Of a stretch of DNA of 64,000 bases, positions 1 to 9,639 are shown in pieces. The notes below the pieces were generated by a model. That model saw nothing but the letters and a program-made list of their open reading frames with translations, was not told where the DNA came from and ran no database searches. The position numbers and the translations under genes were made by a program. The stretch comes from Methanobacteriota archaeon (GTDB lineage Archaea; Thermoplasmatota; Thermoplasmata; SG8-5; DAIRED01): positions 1 to 64,000 of the forward strand of contig JAZDNO010000023.1 in NCBI GenBank assembly GCA_043799545.1, in the 5' to 3' direction. Within the stretch, counting starts at the first letter, position 1. The number at the start of each line of letters is the position of its first letter.

Positions 1-2
1 TA

Positions 3-3000
3 GACGCAGACGTATTTCCAGGTTCCGTTCCTGGTTTGACGGATACCGTAGAGGTTTCGATTAGACACGATACTATGAACATTGAATTCGGTATGGACCA
101 GATAAACCGAGACGCCGAAGAATACTTCAACTCTCTGCCAGCCCACTACAAAAAGATGGCTCGCGACCTGAGGTTATATCTCAAGGAATTAATGGGGTAT
201 TTACCTCCGCTTAACAAGCTCCCACAATTAGCCCAAAGTCTGGATGTCAGCATTTACGTGCCTAACGAAAATGCTGGCGCTATAACCCGAAATGTTTTAT
301 CGAACGGCGGCGTACTGGCGTCATCGTCAACCGCCGATTTCGAGCAAGACGTATGCACGATTTACGCAACGATTTCTCTGGAAGGTTTGATGAACGTGGC
401 CTCACTTCCGTATTCAATCGAAATCTTACCGAATTTCCATCAAATCCCCGTTACATTTATTGATAAAAGTATACCGTTCATAGGTGCCGACCTCGTTCAC
501 AACGGCGCTGTAGAGGGATTCCCGGACAAAGGGGAAGGCGCCATTGTGGGAATAATGGATACTGGCATTGGTGATGACAATAATTATGATCCGAGTAGAG
601 GTTATATACCGTTGTCCTTACAACCAGATGGTTCGCGAGGAGTGGTTGATTCGCGTAATTTTGCAGTATTTCCAGCAACCGGGGATGGTGATGTAGGTGA
701 TAGTGATGGACACGGAACCATAATTGCAGGTATTATCGGTAGTAATGGGATGTCTGTGGATAATTCAGATAATAACATACAAACTAACTATATCGGTGTC
801 GCTCCGAATGCAAAACTAGTTGTGGCTAGGGTACAAAGTGGGTGGAAAATTGGCGTATGGAAAGAAGATTATTGGAAACAGGTGCAAAATTATTCTAAGG
901 CAATTAACTGGTTGTCGGATCCAACCACACAAAGGGCAGGTGTAAATATAATCCAAATGTCAGTAGGTTTTTCAGATGATAGTGAAGGGATTCCTACAAA
1001 TAGCACTTCCAATAACGGGGATTCTTACATTTCTCGATTAGTTGACTATATAACTTACAATAAAGATATATTATTTGTGGCGTCTGCTGGCAATAGCGGA
1101 TTGCATCCGGGTTCACCAATAATGATGCCAGCCGATGCATATAATGCCGTCACTGTGGGAGCTATTAAAGAGATAATCCCCGGGATGAAACCAACAGATT
1201 CGAATCTTTGGGAAGCTAATAGTTCATATAAAATTGCAGATGACCGTCAAGGTGTCGAGTTACTAGCTCCGGGAACGGTCGTCTACTCAACATGTAATGA
1301 TTGGGTTGGACCTGATGGTGGTGGCACAATAGATGACGAATTTCCAGATGTTACACCGGGTTTGGAATGGGTGAAGAGTTCAGGAACTAGCGTTGCTACA
1401 CCCCATGTTTCGGGGACTGCTGCTCTAGTGTGGACAAGAAACACATTGGACAATTATCCAAAACGTTCGTTAGTTGTCAAGGCGATTCTTCTGAACAGTG
1501 CGATAAAACCAGGGGATTGGGTAACTGAGACCTATCCAACCAAACCTCTAGATGCGAAGCAAGGCACAGGTATTTTGAACGCAAGCCGGAGCATGGAAAC
1601 CGCACGCAATGCAAACCGGCACGACGGCGCCACGCTTACGAGTTTGAGCGATAGGCGTTATTATCACTTTACGCTTAACGATTCCCAGGTTCCAGCGAAA
1701 TTTTCTGCCACGTTGGCGTGGAATAGGCATATTAGCAATGCGTCTATCACGCCGTCGCCAGTACTGAATAATTTAAATGTTCTTTTGCATAAATTGACTC
1801 CTAATGGAACATGGTTGGAAGAAGATTCTTTATATAAATCTACGAGCCTGTATGATAATGTGGAACATATATCGAGCCAAATAACGACCCCCGGAATTTA
1901 TGTTATAGAGATTCGACCAGTATACCTCGGGACAGGTGGTTTGGAAACCTTCGGCATAGCCTTCAGCCACGAATATGCGGCGAAAGGAACTCAACTTTAT
2001 GGCGTTGTTGGCGATTCCACAAAACCTAACAGCGCAGTCTCTAAGACCGGCGCATACTGGCGCAACACCTCGCCGATAACGATAACCGCGGCCGCTTCAG
2101 ACACTGGCGGCAGCGGACTCGGCTCGGTCGAGCTGTTCTACAGGTTCGGCGCAGTCAACGGAACCTGGACGGTCTCGTGGACACGGTGGGTGGATGCATC
2201 TAACCCGGACACGGTATCGCCATGGTCCTGGAGCTTCCCCTGGCCATCCGGGCAGGGGCACTACCAATTCTACACGAGAGCCACAGATAATGCCGGGAAC
2301 ATCGAACTCGTTCCGGCGTTAGCGGACGTCGCTTACGCTTACGATAATTCACAACCAATTGGCAATATAGTCATTAATGGCGGCGCCCACCAGACTATCT
2401 CGAGCAGCGTGAGCGTCGACCTGAGCGGTATCTCGGATGCGGGCTCCGGGTTGAACAAAATGAGGTTCGCAAATGACGGGTACGAGTGGACCACAGATTA
2501 CTCAATAATCCAGTCGACTCACCCAGTGTATCCTGGGGATACCGATTCGTATACCCTCGCTTACACCGGAGCCATAAGGATGAAAGTGCATTTCGAGAAG
2601 ATTGACATCCGACCAAACGCGGATTTCATTTACATCAAAGATTCTCATGGAAATATATTGAATAGTTTCACAGGGTCCTATCCCGCGGGTGTCGAGTGGG
2701 CAAGTTCCGAAGCCGATGGGGATATCGATTGGATCGAGATTGAGATGGTGATTGCACCGCAGAATAGTTGGTACGGATATGGATTCAAGATAGACAGGTA
2801 CAGCTATTACAAGCCGGTCTGGAGCACGTGGGAGCCATTCTCCGCAAGCAAGTCATGGATGCTGTCGAACGGCTACGGTGAAAAGCGGGTGTATTGCGAG
2901 ATATCCGACAATCTGGGCCAAGTGTATCAAACATACGCCTCTATCTATTTTGCACCATATGCGACATCTGTAACAGTTAACGGAGGTGCCCAATACACCT

Positions 3001-6000
3001 CTTCAAACCAAGTTCAACTGGCCATGGATACGAATATTTCCCAGACCCAGATGAGATTCAGCAACAGCGCCTCAAACTCATGGCTGTACAAATCAAATCC
3101 CGGCATTCAAAATGCGAGGGATTACTGGTGGCACTTGGAATCGATAACCCCGATAGACCCATTTCCCGATGGATGTGCAGCGAGAGCAGAGTCGATAACT
3201 CCCCTCAAAGGTGGAGCCGGCGATGTACAACCGCCAGCTGGAGCGACGACATGGCGCTTGAATTTCGCCTTTATCCATCTCAAGGCCGGAGATTGGCTTT
3301 CGTTCGATTATTATGTTCCAACGGTCGATAAATGGACACAATTGTACATGTACGAAGGACCTATGGACATCGCCAGTCAAATTGACTCCATCGAAATTCC
3401 TATTATAACTCAATACAGTGCCGGTGTAAGAATCCATTATTATTCGCTAAATGGCAATTCGGATTGCCCATTTTACACTAATTCCTACGAATGGAGAAAT
3501 AACAATCTTTACTACGGCCCCAACTACGACCATACATGGCCCGTCGCCGGCGACCCATACGCTAAAGTAGGCATCAGCTTCGATACGATAGACCTGGGTG
3601 CTGGCGACAAAATATCGATATCGCACCCGGGTGGGCAGGTAATTACAGAGCTGGTTGGACCGCTTCCTGCGGGATCCTATTTCGTCGATTGTCAAAACGG
3701 AGATGATATCGCGGTAAGGCTGGTGAGCCTGAATCCGAACAGCCGTGGTTGGGGGATATCCTTAAACGGAAAGTACTGTTACGACAGGCAATGGTCGAGC
3801 TGGATTCCATGGGGTAGCACTTACGCAGGTTGGGATTTGACCACTTGTGGTGGAAATCCGGGGGACGGTGCGAAACGAGTTTATTATCAGGGGATGGACA
3901 GTGCTGGCAATCTAGGTCCGTTAGCATGGGACGATATAATAAAGGATACAATCAGCCCGCAAATAGTCTCATTGACGATTTCCGAGACTAGTCCCTATGT
4001 CCAAACGATTGGAACCACGCTGTGTTATCGACCTGGTTTTCAATCATCTTTTACAATCCTGATATCTGCTGTCGATGACAGGTCCGGAGTAAGCTGGGCG
4101 ACTGGCGCCACCGCCTTCGGTGACAATCCGATCGACATCACGCCTTCAGCGGATCAATTTGAGCTGGCGTACACTATCGAAAGCGGCGCGACGTTTTCTG
4201 GGAACATCGGGGTGACCGTTTACGATGTCGCAGGCAATGCCATAAATGGCGTTATCGCGGTGATCCAGGATTCCGTGGGACCCGCGGTTTCGCTTTCCGC
4301 GCCAAGCGATGGGTTGCACATGATTGATGACACTCCGGCGCTTTCCTGGTCTACATCCGATGGCATTTCGGGGCCTTCAGGCAACCATCACCTCCAGGTG
4401 GCTGATGATGTCGGATTCGCAAACCTGATTGTGAACGTGGATTTGCCCGTGGTAAGTTACACATTTGCTACTGGCTTGGACGATGGAACATATTATTGGC
4501 GCGTGAAGGCCGAAGACAATGTGGGCAATTGGGGCAGCTATTCGGGTATCCGAACGTTTACAGTGGACACCACGGCACCGCTTGCTATGATAAACCTAGT
4601 GGACCCTAGAGGAACCGACCCGGAAATTTTCGACATCCATGGCATATCCGAGGACATCAACTTCAAACAGTACGTTGTCGAAGTCCGATTGGATGCCTCC
4701 CCGATCGAATGGAAGACCATACGCTCGTCAACGTCCCAACCTTCCGGTTGGCTGGCGACATGGTACACGGACGACTTTATCGACGGGGCATACCAAATCA
4801 GGCTTTCAGTCACGGACCTGGCCGGCAACAATGCTCAATTTACGGTAAATGCGAATGTGGACAACACTCTAAGGATACTCACGAATTCCGTCCAAGCCGA
4901 GCCGAACCCCTTCGTTCCAGCATATGAAGTCACGAACATAAGATACGTTATCAGCGAGCAAGCCTATGTAACAGTGGAAATTTTCGATTCGGATGGCATA
5001 TTGATCAGAACACTCCTGAGTGATGAGTCGCAGGGCAAGGGAAACAACAATGCTGTATGGGATGGAAAGGATGATTACGGAGCCAGAGTAAACTACGGAG
5101 AAACATATAATTACATAATCCAGGTAGGGAAAGATACCAATACGATAGTTGATCAAGTGACCGGTCAAGTTCATACGCAAGCGGCAACTTTGAAATTAAT
5201 GGCCTGGTCTTATCCGGCGTATGGAAATTACTTACATGTCCAGGTTTCGTGGCCCTCGTGGAACAAATATCTCCCCGCATCTTTCATACGGTATGAAATG
5301 ACCATGGAACTATGGATAAAACCGTACAACGGAGTAAGTAATTACATTTCCACGACAACACAGTCATCGAATGATTATTACCTCACATCATTTACATTCT
5401 TGGTCAGTGCACCCACATCCCGTCCCCCGCTTGGTTCTCTGCCATCGACTTGGCCAGTAAACACTTACAAATTCACACTAATTGAGACAACAACTGAGGG
5501 TGTGCGCAATTCAGATAAAATTTCAGTTCCATTAAGGTCTATTCCTGATTTTTCGATGCACTATCTGCAGAACTTAGGAATGGGATGCCCCTATGTTGGA
5601 ACCTGGAATGGAACAGACTATGTTTTAGATAATACAATACTTGGCGAATCCGAAGTCATGGATCGGCCAAATCTTTTCGTCGAGGATTATTATAAACTCC
5701 AGCAACCGATGATGCCGGGGGATGATGGCAATTACCATGTTTCTGTCATTGAATTTGAGAACGAACACCCATATCTTGACGTAACTGAATTGCTCACAGT
5801 GGACCACAAACCAGGAACGGAAATAGGTTTGAACCATGATGACTCGACATATACAATCACAAATCCCATGCCCCCTACGAGAGTTCAGAAACCTGGCTCC
5901 CCACTGACCAATTATTTGCATTTGATAAACGAGAGCGATGACGATGAATTCATCGAGGGCGATGATGGATTTAACGTATTGGTCTATTTCGATGATGAAT

Positions 6001-7346
6001 ATGATTTGACAAATGCAAAATTAGTAATCCGAAGCGATATGAAACCTGGCGGGGGTGGAATTTTTGATCCACTCAAGAACGTTGGACCGGATGGACCGAT
6101 TGTTATCAACCTAATGAATCCGATCACTGGCGAATGGGAGAACGTTGGAAACATATACCCGCGTGCCCTGTGGTCGATAGATATTATTGATTTGTCAGAA
6201 TATTCCTATCTAGGCAATACAAGCCTATACTTCATGTTTGAGTGGCTGGGGCATCATAAACTCGATTTCGTTGGGATAGACCTTTCAGAACAGGACAATG
6301 TCTATGTGCAAAGGCTTTCCCCGTCTTCAGCAACCCATTCAAAGGGCGGATTAGTAACCTATGATATAGCATTGTCCGACAATAGATGCGTGGGACTCAT
6401 TCCAGGCGAGTGGATGAATATTACTTTCCCTTATGCACCGACATCGCTTGAAAGGGATTTCATACTATATTCGAAAGGATACTATAACCTTAGCTTTGCT
6501 TATGCCGATTTGAGCTCTGATAAAACAGAAGTTCAAACATTTGAGGGCATAACATTTGATGCAAGCGCTTCCTACGACGAATACCGTGAGATTGCAGAAT
6601 ATTATTTCGACTTCGGCGATGGTGCAAACAGTGGCTGGGTTACAACTCCCACGGTTACTCACCTTTACAGTAAAGGAGCGCAAGCCTACATCGCCAGCCT
6701 AATCGTCAAAAACGATGAGGGGCTCGTGAGTACAAACGAGATGAATGTGAGCGTTTTCGTTCACAATAGGCCGCCGGTAGCACAGGCAGAGGTCTATCAA
6801 GAGATCGAAATAACCCTCTCCGTCACTGGCCGAAAGGACAACACCGTTGGAATACTGATTTTCGAGGACGGGACGCTCATCCAAAGCAACGATGTCATGC
6901 GGACTGCCGGACCGCCGAACGTCATCACATTTGAATTGAACAAATATCTCGGCAGGGTTTACGAGATAGAACTCGTATACGATGCGGACTACAAAGGCTC
7001 GAATCCTACCTGGCTCAACTTCACATCTGCCGAAACCGCCATGATGTTCTTCAAGGAATTTAACACCAAGAACGGGTATTGCCAGATTATTTCGGTACCG
7101 ACACCATATCTGGATGATGTTGTCGAATACAATCCAACCTACAGATTCGATGCTTCTGGCTCGTATGACATTGACGGTTCAATTGTATCCTATGAGTGGG
7201 ACTTCGGAGATGGAACCGCCACTGAAGGTACAATCGTCGCGCATACGTTCTTAGAACCGGGTTCCAATACGGTTACTCTGACGGTTACTGACGATGACGG
7301 AGCGATAGCTAGGGAAACTATCGAAATCGAGATTCCTAATAGCTAA
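3..7346 (+). CDS. Large secreted S8 (subtilisin-like) serine protease with Ig-like, CUB-like, FN3-like, FlgD-Ig-like and PKD domains; 5'-partial
   Basis: Catalytic triad motifs IVGIMDTGI (Asp), DSDGHGTIIAG (His) and SSGTSVATPHVSG (Ser). FlgD-Ig-like PNPF...VEIFD...WDGKD and two PKD motifs (FDASASYD...FDFGDG, FDASGSYD...WDFGDG). The frame is open from base 3 with no signal peptide after the TTG at 36, so the true start is probably upstream of the window. Confidence 0.9.
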   Translation, partial: DADVFPGSVPGLTDTVEVSIRHDTMNIEFGMDQINRDAEEYFNSLPAHYKKMARDLRLYLKELMGYLPPLNKLPQLAQSLDVSIYVPNENAGAITRNVLSNGGVLASSSTADFEQDVCTIYATISLEGLMNVASLPYSIEILPNFHQIPVTFIDKSIPFIGADLVHNGAVEGFPDKGEGAIVGIMDTGIGDDNNYDPSRGYIPLSLQPDGSRGVVDSRNFAVFPATGDGDVGDSDGHGTIIAGIIGSNGMSVDNSDNNIQTNYIGVAPNAKLVVARVQSGWKIGVWKEDYWKQVQNYSKAINWLSDPTTQRAGVNIIQMSVGFSDDSEGIPTNSTSNNGDSYISRLVDYITYNKDILFVASAGNSGLHPGSPIMMPADAYNAVTVGAIKEIIPGMKPTDSNLWEANSSYKIADDRQGVELLAPGTVVYSTCNDWVGPDGGGTIDDEFPDVTPGLEWVKSSGTSVATPHVSGTAALVWTRNTLDNYPKRSLVVKAILLNSAIKPGDWVTETYPTKPLDAKQGTGILNASRSMETARNANRHDGATLTSLSDRRYYHFTLNDSQVPAKFSATLAWNRHISNASITPSPVLNNLNVLLHKLTPNGTWLEEDSLYKSTSLYDNVEHISSQITTPGIYVIEIRPVYLGTGGLETFGIAFSHEYAAKGTQLYGVVGDSTKPNSAVSKTGAYWRNTSPITITAAASDTGGSGLGSVELFYRFGAVNGTWTVSWTRWVDASNPDTVSPWSWSFPWPSGQGHYQFYTRATDNAGNIELVPALADVAYAYDNSQPIGNIVINGGAHQTISSSVSVDLSGISDAGSGLNKMRFANDGYEWTTDYSIIQSTHPVYPGDTDSYTLAYTGAIRMKVHFEKIDIRPNADFIYIKDSHGNILNSFTGSYPAGVEWASSEADGDIDWIEIEMVIAPQNSWYGYGFKIDRYSYYKPVWSTWEPFSASKSWMLSNGYGEKRVYCEISDNLGQVYQTYASIYFAPYATSVTVNGGAQYTSSNQVQLAMDTNISQTQMRFSNSASNSWLYKSNPGIQNARDYWWHLESITPIDPFPDGCAARAESITPLKGGAGDVQPPAGATTWRLNFAFIHLKAGDWLSFDYYVPTVDKWTQLYMYEGPMDIASQIDSIEIPIITQYSAGVRIHYYSLNGNSDCPFYTNSYEWRNNNLYYGPNYDHTWPVAGDPYAKVGISFDTIDLGAGDKISISHPGGQVITELVGPLPAGSYFVDCQNGDDIAVRLVSLNPNSRGWGISLNGKYCYDRQWSSWIPWGSTYAGWDLTTCGGNPGDGAKRVYYQGMDSAGNLGPLAWDDIIKDTISPQIVSLTISETSPYVQTIGTTLCYRPGFQSSFTILISAVDDRSGVSWATGATAFGDNPIDITPSADQFELAYTIESGATFSGNIGVTVYDVAGNAINGVIAVIQDSVGPAVSLSAPSDGLHMIDDTPALSWSTSDGISGPSGNHHLQVADDVGFANLIVNVDLPVVSYTFATGLDDGTYYWRVKAEDNVGNWGSYSGIRTFTVDTTAPLAMINLVDPRGTDPEIFDIHGISEDINFKQYVVEVRLDASPIEWKTIRSSTSQPSGWLATWYTDDFIDGAYQIRLSVTDLAGNNAQFTVNANVDNTLRILTNSVQAEPNPFVPAYEVTNIRYVISEQAYVTVEIFDSDGILIRTLLSDESQGKGNNNAVWDGKDDYGARVNYGETYNYIIQVGKDTNTIVDQVTGQVHTQAATLKLMAWSYPAYGNYLHVQVSWPSWNKYLPASFIRYEMTMELWIKPYNGVSNYISTTTQSSNDYYLTSFTFLVSAPTSRPPLGSLPSTWPVNTYKFTLIETTTEGVRNSDKISVPLRSIPDFSMHYLQNLGMGCPYVGTWNGTDYVLDNTILGESEVMDRPNLFVEDYYKLQQPMMPGDDGNYHVSVIEFENEHPYLDVTELLTVDHKPGTEIGLNHDDSTYTITNPMPPTRVQKPGSPLTNYLHLINESDDDEFIEGDDGFNVLVYFDDEYDLTNAKLVIRSDMKPGGGGIFDPLKNVGPDGPIVINLMNPITGEWENVGNIYPRALWSIDIIDLSEYSYLGNTSLYFMFEWLGHHKLDFVGIDLSEQDNVYVQRLSPSSATHSKGGLVTYDIALSDNRCVGLIPGEWMNITFPYAPTSLERDFILYSKGYYNLSFAYADLSSDKTEVQTFEGITFDASASYDEYREIAEYYFDFGDGANSGWVTTPTVTHLYSKGAQAYIASLIVKNDEGLVSTNEMNVSVFVHNRPPVAQAEVYQEIEITLSVTGRKDNTVGILIFEDGTLIQSNDVMRTAGPPNVITFELNKYLGRVYEIELVYDADYKGSNPTWLNFTSAETAMMFFKEFNTKNGYCQIISVPTPYLDDVVEYNPTYRFDASGSYDIDGSIVSYEWDFGDGTATEGTIVAHTFLEPGSNTVTLTVTDDDGAIARETIEIEIPNS

Positions 7347-7458
7347 CAACGGGCAAATCCTTTCGCCAAACACCCCCACACACTGGTGGCTCGTATAAAT
7401 GCCCATGCTACGCCGTCCATGCGAAACGTATATGGCCTGGCTCGCCAATCCCCCCGCG

Positions 7459-8181
7459 ATGATGTCCCTCCACAACCACACGAACTTCTCGGACGGCTCA
7501 TGGTCCCCCGCCGAGGTGATGGAAGCGGCGGCGGAGATGCGCCTGAAAGCCGTCGGCATCACCGACCACTTCGCGGCCACTCACGTCAACGCGGTCATGC
7601 CGGACTTTCTCGCGAACTACGTTGGAAAGGTCAGGGATGCCGCCGCGCAGTTCGCCGGCAGGATTGAGGTTTTCGTCGGCGCGGAGCTTCACGCCTCGCC
7701 GAAAAGGACGGTCTTCGAGCAGGTCGACCCCGCGGCGCTGGCTGACCTGGATTACCTGATTGTCGAGTACGTGGCGGACGAAAACCGCAGCGGCATGCCA
7801 TTCTGGGAGTTCATCGAGTACCGCAAAAGAATCCCGTGCCACGTGGGGCTGGCGCACACGGACGCGGCGCTCCTCCTCGGGCACGTCGAGGCGAGGGAGC
7901 TGGCCGAGCTCCTGAAGATGGAGAAGATTTTCCTGGAGCTGAACACAAACAAACAATACTCCAGGCTCGGGAAGCAGTTCTACCGCCACTGGCCGGAGCT
8001 GTTCCGCGAGGTCGGCCGCGCTGAGGGCGAGCTGTCCATCGGCACGGACGTCCATTCGCGCCTGGCGGACGTGGGCAACGTCTCCGACGCCGAGGAGTTC
8101 GCGCGCTCCGTCGGCGCGGAAGGCTGCTTCGAGCGCTGCGTCGCCAGCATACGCAAGCGCGCCGGGCAAAGAAATATATAG
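7459..8181 (+). CDS. PHP-domain metal-dependent phosphoesterase
   Basis: Metal-ligand motifs LHNHTNFSDG, GITDH, VGAELH, GLAH and GTDVH. Start placed at ATG 7459, downstream of a BRE/TATA-like gaaacgtatat (~7423-7433). Confidence 0.88.
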   Translation: MMSLHNHTNFSDGSWSPAEVMEAAAEMRLKAVGITDHFAATHVNAVMPDFLANYVGKVRDAAAQFAGRIEVFVGAELHASPKRTVFEQVDPAALADLDYLIVEYVADENRSGMPFWEFIEYRKRIPCHVGLAHTDAALLLGHVEARELAELLKMEKIFLELNTNKQYSRLGKQFYRHWPELFREVGRAEGELSIGTDVHSRLADVGNVSDAEEFARSVGAEGCFERCVASIRKRAGQRNI

Positions 8182-8213
8182 GCCGTGCCCGATAATACTC
8201 GCGAGACGAGAAC

Positions 8214-8588
8214 ATGGCAGGAAGGACGACGCTGAGCGAGAAGGACCTCGCCACCATCGACCTCCTACACAAGGCCGGACTGACGCTCGGCATCGCGAAG
8301 GTGCTGGCGGTGATGGCGAAGGGGGAGGAGACGGTATCTGTCAAGATAGAGGGGCTGACGGCCCTCAGGCAGCCCGAGGTCTCGATAGCGATGCGCGAGC
8401 TTCTCCGCAGGAAATGGGCCAAGCGGCGCAGCATTAAAAAGGACGGCAAAGGCCGCCCCGTCCACGGTTACATCCTCACTGTGAAATTCGGCGACATCGT
8501 CGCGGAGCTCGAAACTGCCCAGAAGCGCAAGGCGCAGGAAATGGACAAGACGATTTCCAGGCTCAAGCGGTTGGCGAAGGGGCTATAG
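8214..8588 (+). CDS. Archaeal winged-helix transcriptional regulator (COG4738-like)
   Basis: LRQPEVSIAMREL...KKDGKGRPVHGYIL matches the family signature; C-terminal coiled coil. Confidence 0.8.
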   Translation: MAGRTTLSEKDLATIDLLHKAGLTLGIAKVLAVMAKGEETVSVKIEGLTALRQPEVSIAMRELLRRKWAKRRSIKKDGKGRPVHGYILTVKFGDIVAELETAQKRKAQEMDKTISRLKRLAKGL

Positions 8589-9251
8589 CTCCCTCGTTCC
8601 CGACTCTGCGCCGACGATGACTTTCGGCTTCATTCCGACGAAGAGACCTGTCTCGACGACGCCTACGATGCCGTGAAGCCTCTCGTCCATTTTCGCTGGC
8701 TCGGCTATCTCGGGGAACTTGCAGTCGGCGATGAGGTTGCCGCAGTCCGTGACGAACGGCGAGCCGTCCTGGCGCGCCCTGATTGTCGGGACGCACCCCA
8801 AGGAAGACAGCCTGTCCAGGCACTGCCTCGTGCCGAACCTCAGTATCTCTACCGGTACGGGGCCTTTCCTCCCCAAAACGCCGACCATCTTCCCCTCGTC
8901 TGCGACTATGACATAGCTTTTGGTCGCGCTGGCGACGACCTTCTCTATCAGAAGCGCGCCCCCTAGACCCTTGATGAGGTCCTTCGAGGGGCTGACCTCG
9001 TCAGCGCCGTCAATGGTCATGTCGACAGAGACGTGGTCGTCCAGGCTGGCGAGCTTTATCCCGAGCGACATTGCCAGCTTGACCGTGGCCGTGGAGGTCG
9101 GGATTCCAACGAATTCGAGCTTCTCCTCCGCCACGCGCCTGGCCAGAGCCCTCGTCGCGCAGTCCGCGGTGCGACCCGTTCCCAGTCCCACGACCATCCC
9201 GCCCCTGACCAGGGATGCTGCGCGCTCCCCCGCGGCCTCCTTCGCGTCCAT
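8583..9251 (-). CDS. rpiA: Ribose-5-phosphate isomerase A
   Basis: VVGLGTG, DGADEV...LIKGLGGALLIEK, PVEIL, TDCGNLIAD and GVVETGLF motifs. Confidence 0.96.
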   Translation of the reverse strand: MDAKEAAGERAASLVRGGMVVGLGTGRTADCATRALARRVAEEKLEFVGIPTSTATVKLAMSLGIKLASLDDHVSVDMTIDGADEVSPSKDLIKGLGGALLIEKVVASATKSYVIVADEGKMVGVLGRKGPVPVEILRFGTRQCLDRLSSLGCVPTIRARQDGSPFVTDCGNLIADCKFPEIAEPAKMDERLHGIVGVVETGLFVGMKPKVIVGAESGTREL

Positions 9252-9284
9252 GTCGGAGGTGATGGCAAGCGCCGTCTTAAAATT

Positions 9285-9336
9285 TGCTAGAAATCAAAAA
9301 AGAGTTTTCGGGCCGGGATGTGGAGTCCCCGGCCCG
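9285..9336 (-). terminator. GC-rich hairpin followed by a T-tract, putative terminator of the small-ORF transcript
   Basis: Minus strand cgggccggg-gactccacat-cccggcccg (9336-9309, 9-bp stem) followed by aaaactcTTTTTTgatttc. Confidence 0.4.
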
Positions 9337-9408
9337 GCGGCAGGAGGCACAAGCGGCCCCGAGCCGAACGCCCAGGGGGTCAAATCCCAGGGCGTGGATG
9401 GAACATGC

Positions 9409-9486
9409 CTAATCGTCATACGTGAGCGGGCAGCCGTACAGGGCGTACATCTCCCGCCAGCCGCAATCCGGTACATCGTCGTCCAT
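9409..9486 (-). CDS. Putative 25-aa small protein MDDDVPDCGWREMYALYGCPLTYDD (not in the ORF track)
   Basis: Minus strand: TATAATA (9527-9521), SD AGGTGA (9496-9491), 4-nt spacer, ATG 9486, TAG 9411-9409. It fills the otherwise empty rpiA-DUF2797 gap. Confidence 0.5.
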   Translation of the reverse strand: MDDDVPDCGWREMYALYGCPLTYDD

Positions 9487-9639
9487 TTTTTCACCTGCAT
9501 GACAGTTATGCCCGGAGGAGTATTATAGGGTATGATCGAGAGGTCGCCGAAAGTGCGAGCCAGCGCAACTGAAAATGCGTGCCACTTTCACCCCTCTCCG
9601 AGGGAAAACGGTAATACCTCCCGTGCGCATGTGCTTGCG

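Noticed and set aside
8940-9180. RpiA motif variants (GTGRT, ALLIEK)
   Set aside because: The catalytic DGAD, Lys and Glu are retained, and these positions vary among archaeal RpiA proteins.
9369-9394. GGGGGTCAAATCCC resembles a tRNA T-arm; the region was also considered as SRP or RNase P RNA
   Set aside because: I could not build a cloverleaf or acceptor stem, and the SRP helix-8 and RNase P GAGGAAAGUCC motifs are absent. An Infernal/tRNAscan run would settle it.
9277-9486. Possible pyrrolysine read-through of the small ORF's TAG (the frame stays open about 43 more codons, including ACASC)
   Set aside because: No pyl genes in the window, TAG is a normal stop for several genes here, and the extension runs through hairpins and a T-tract.
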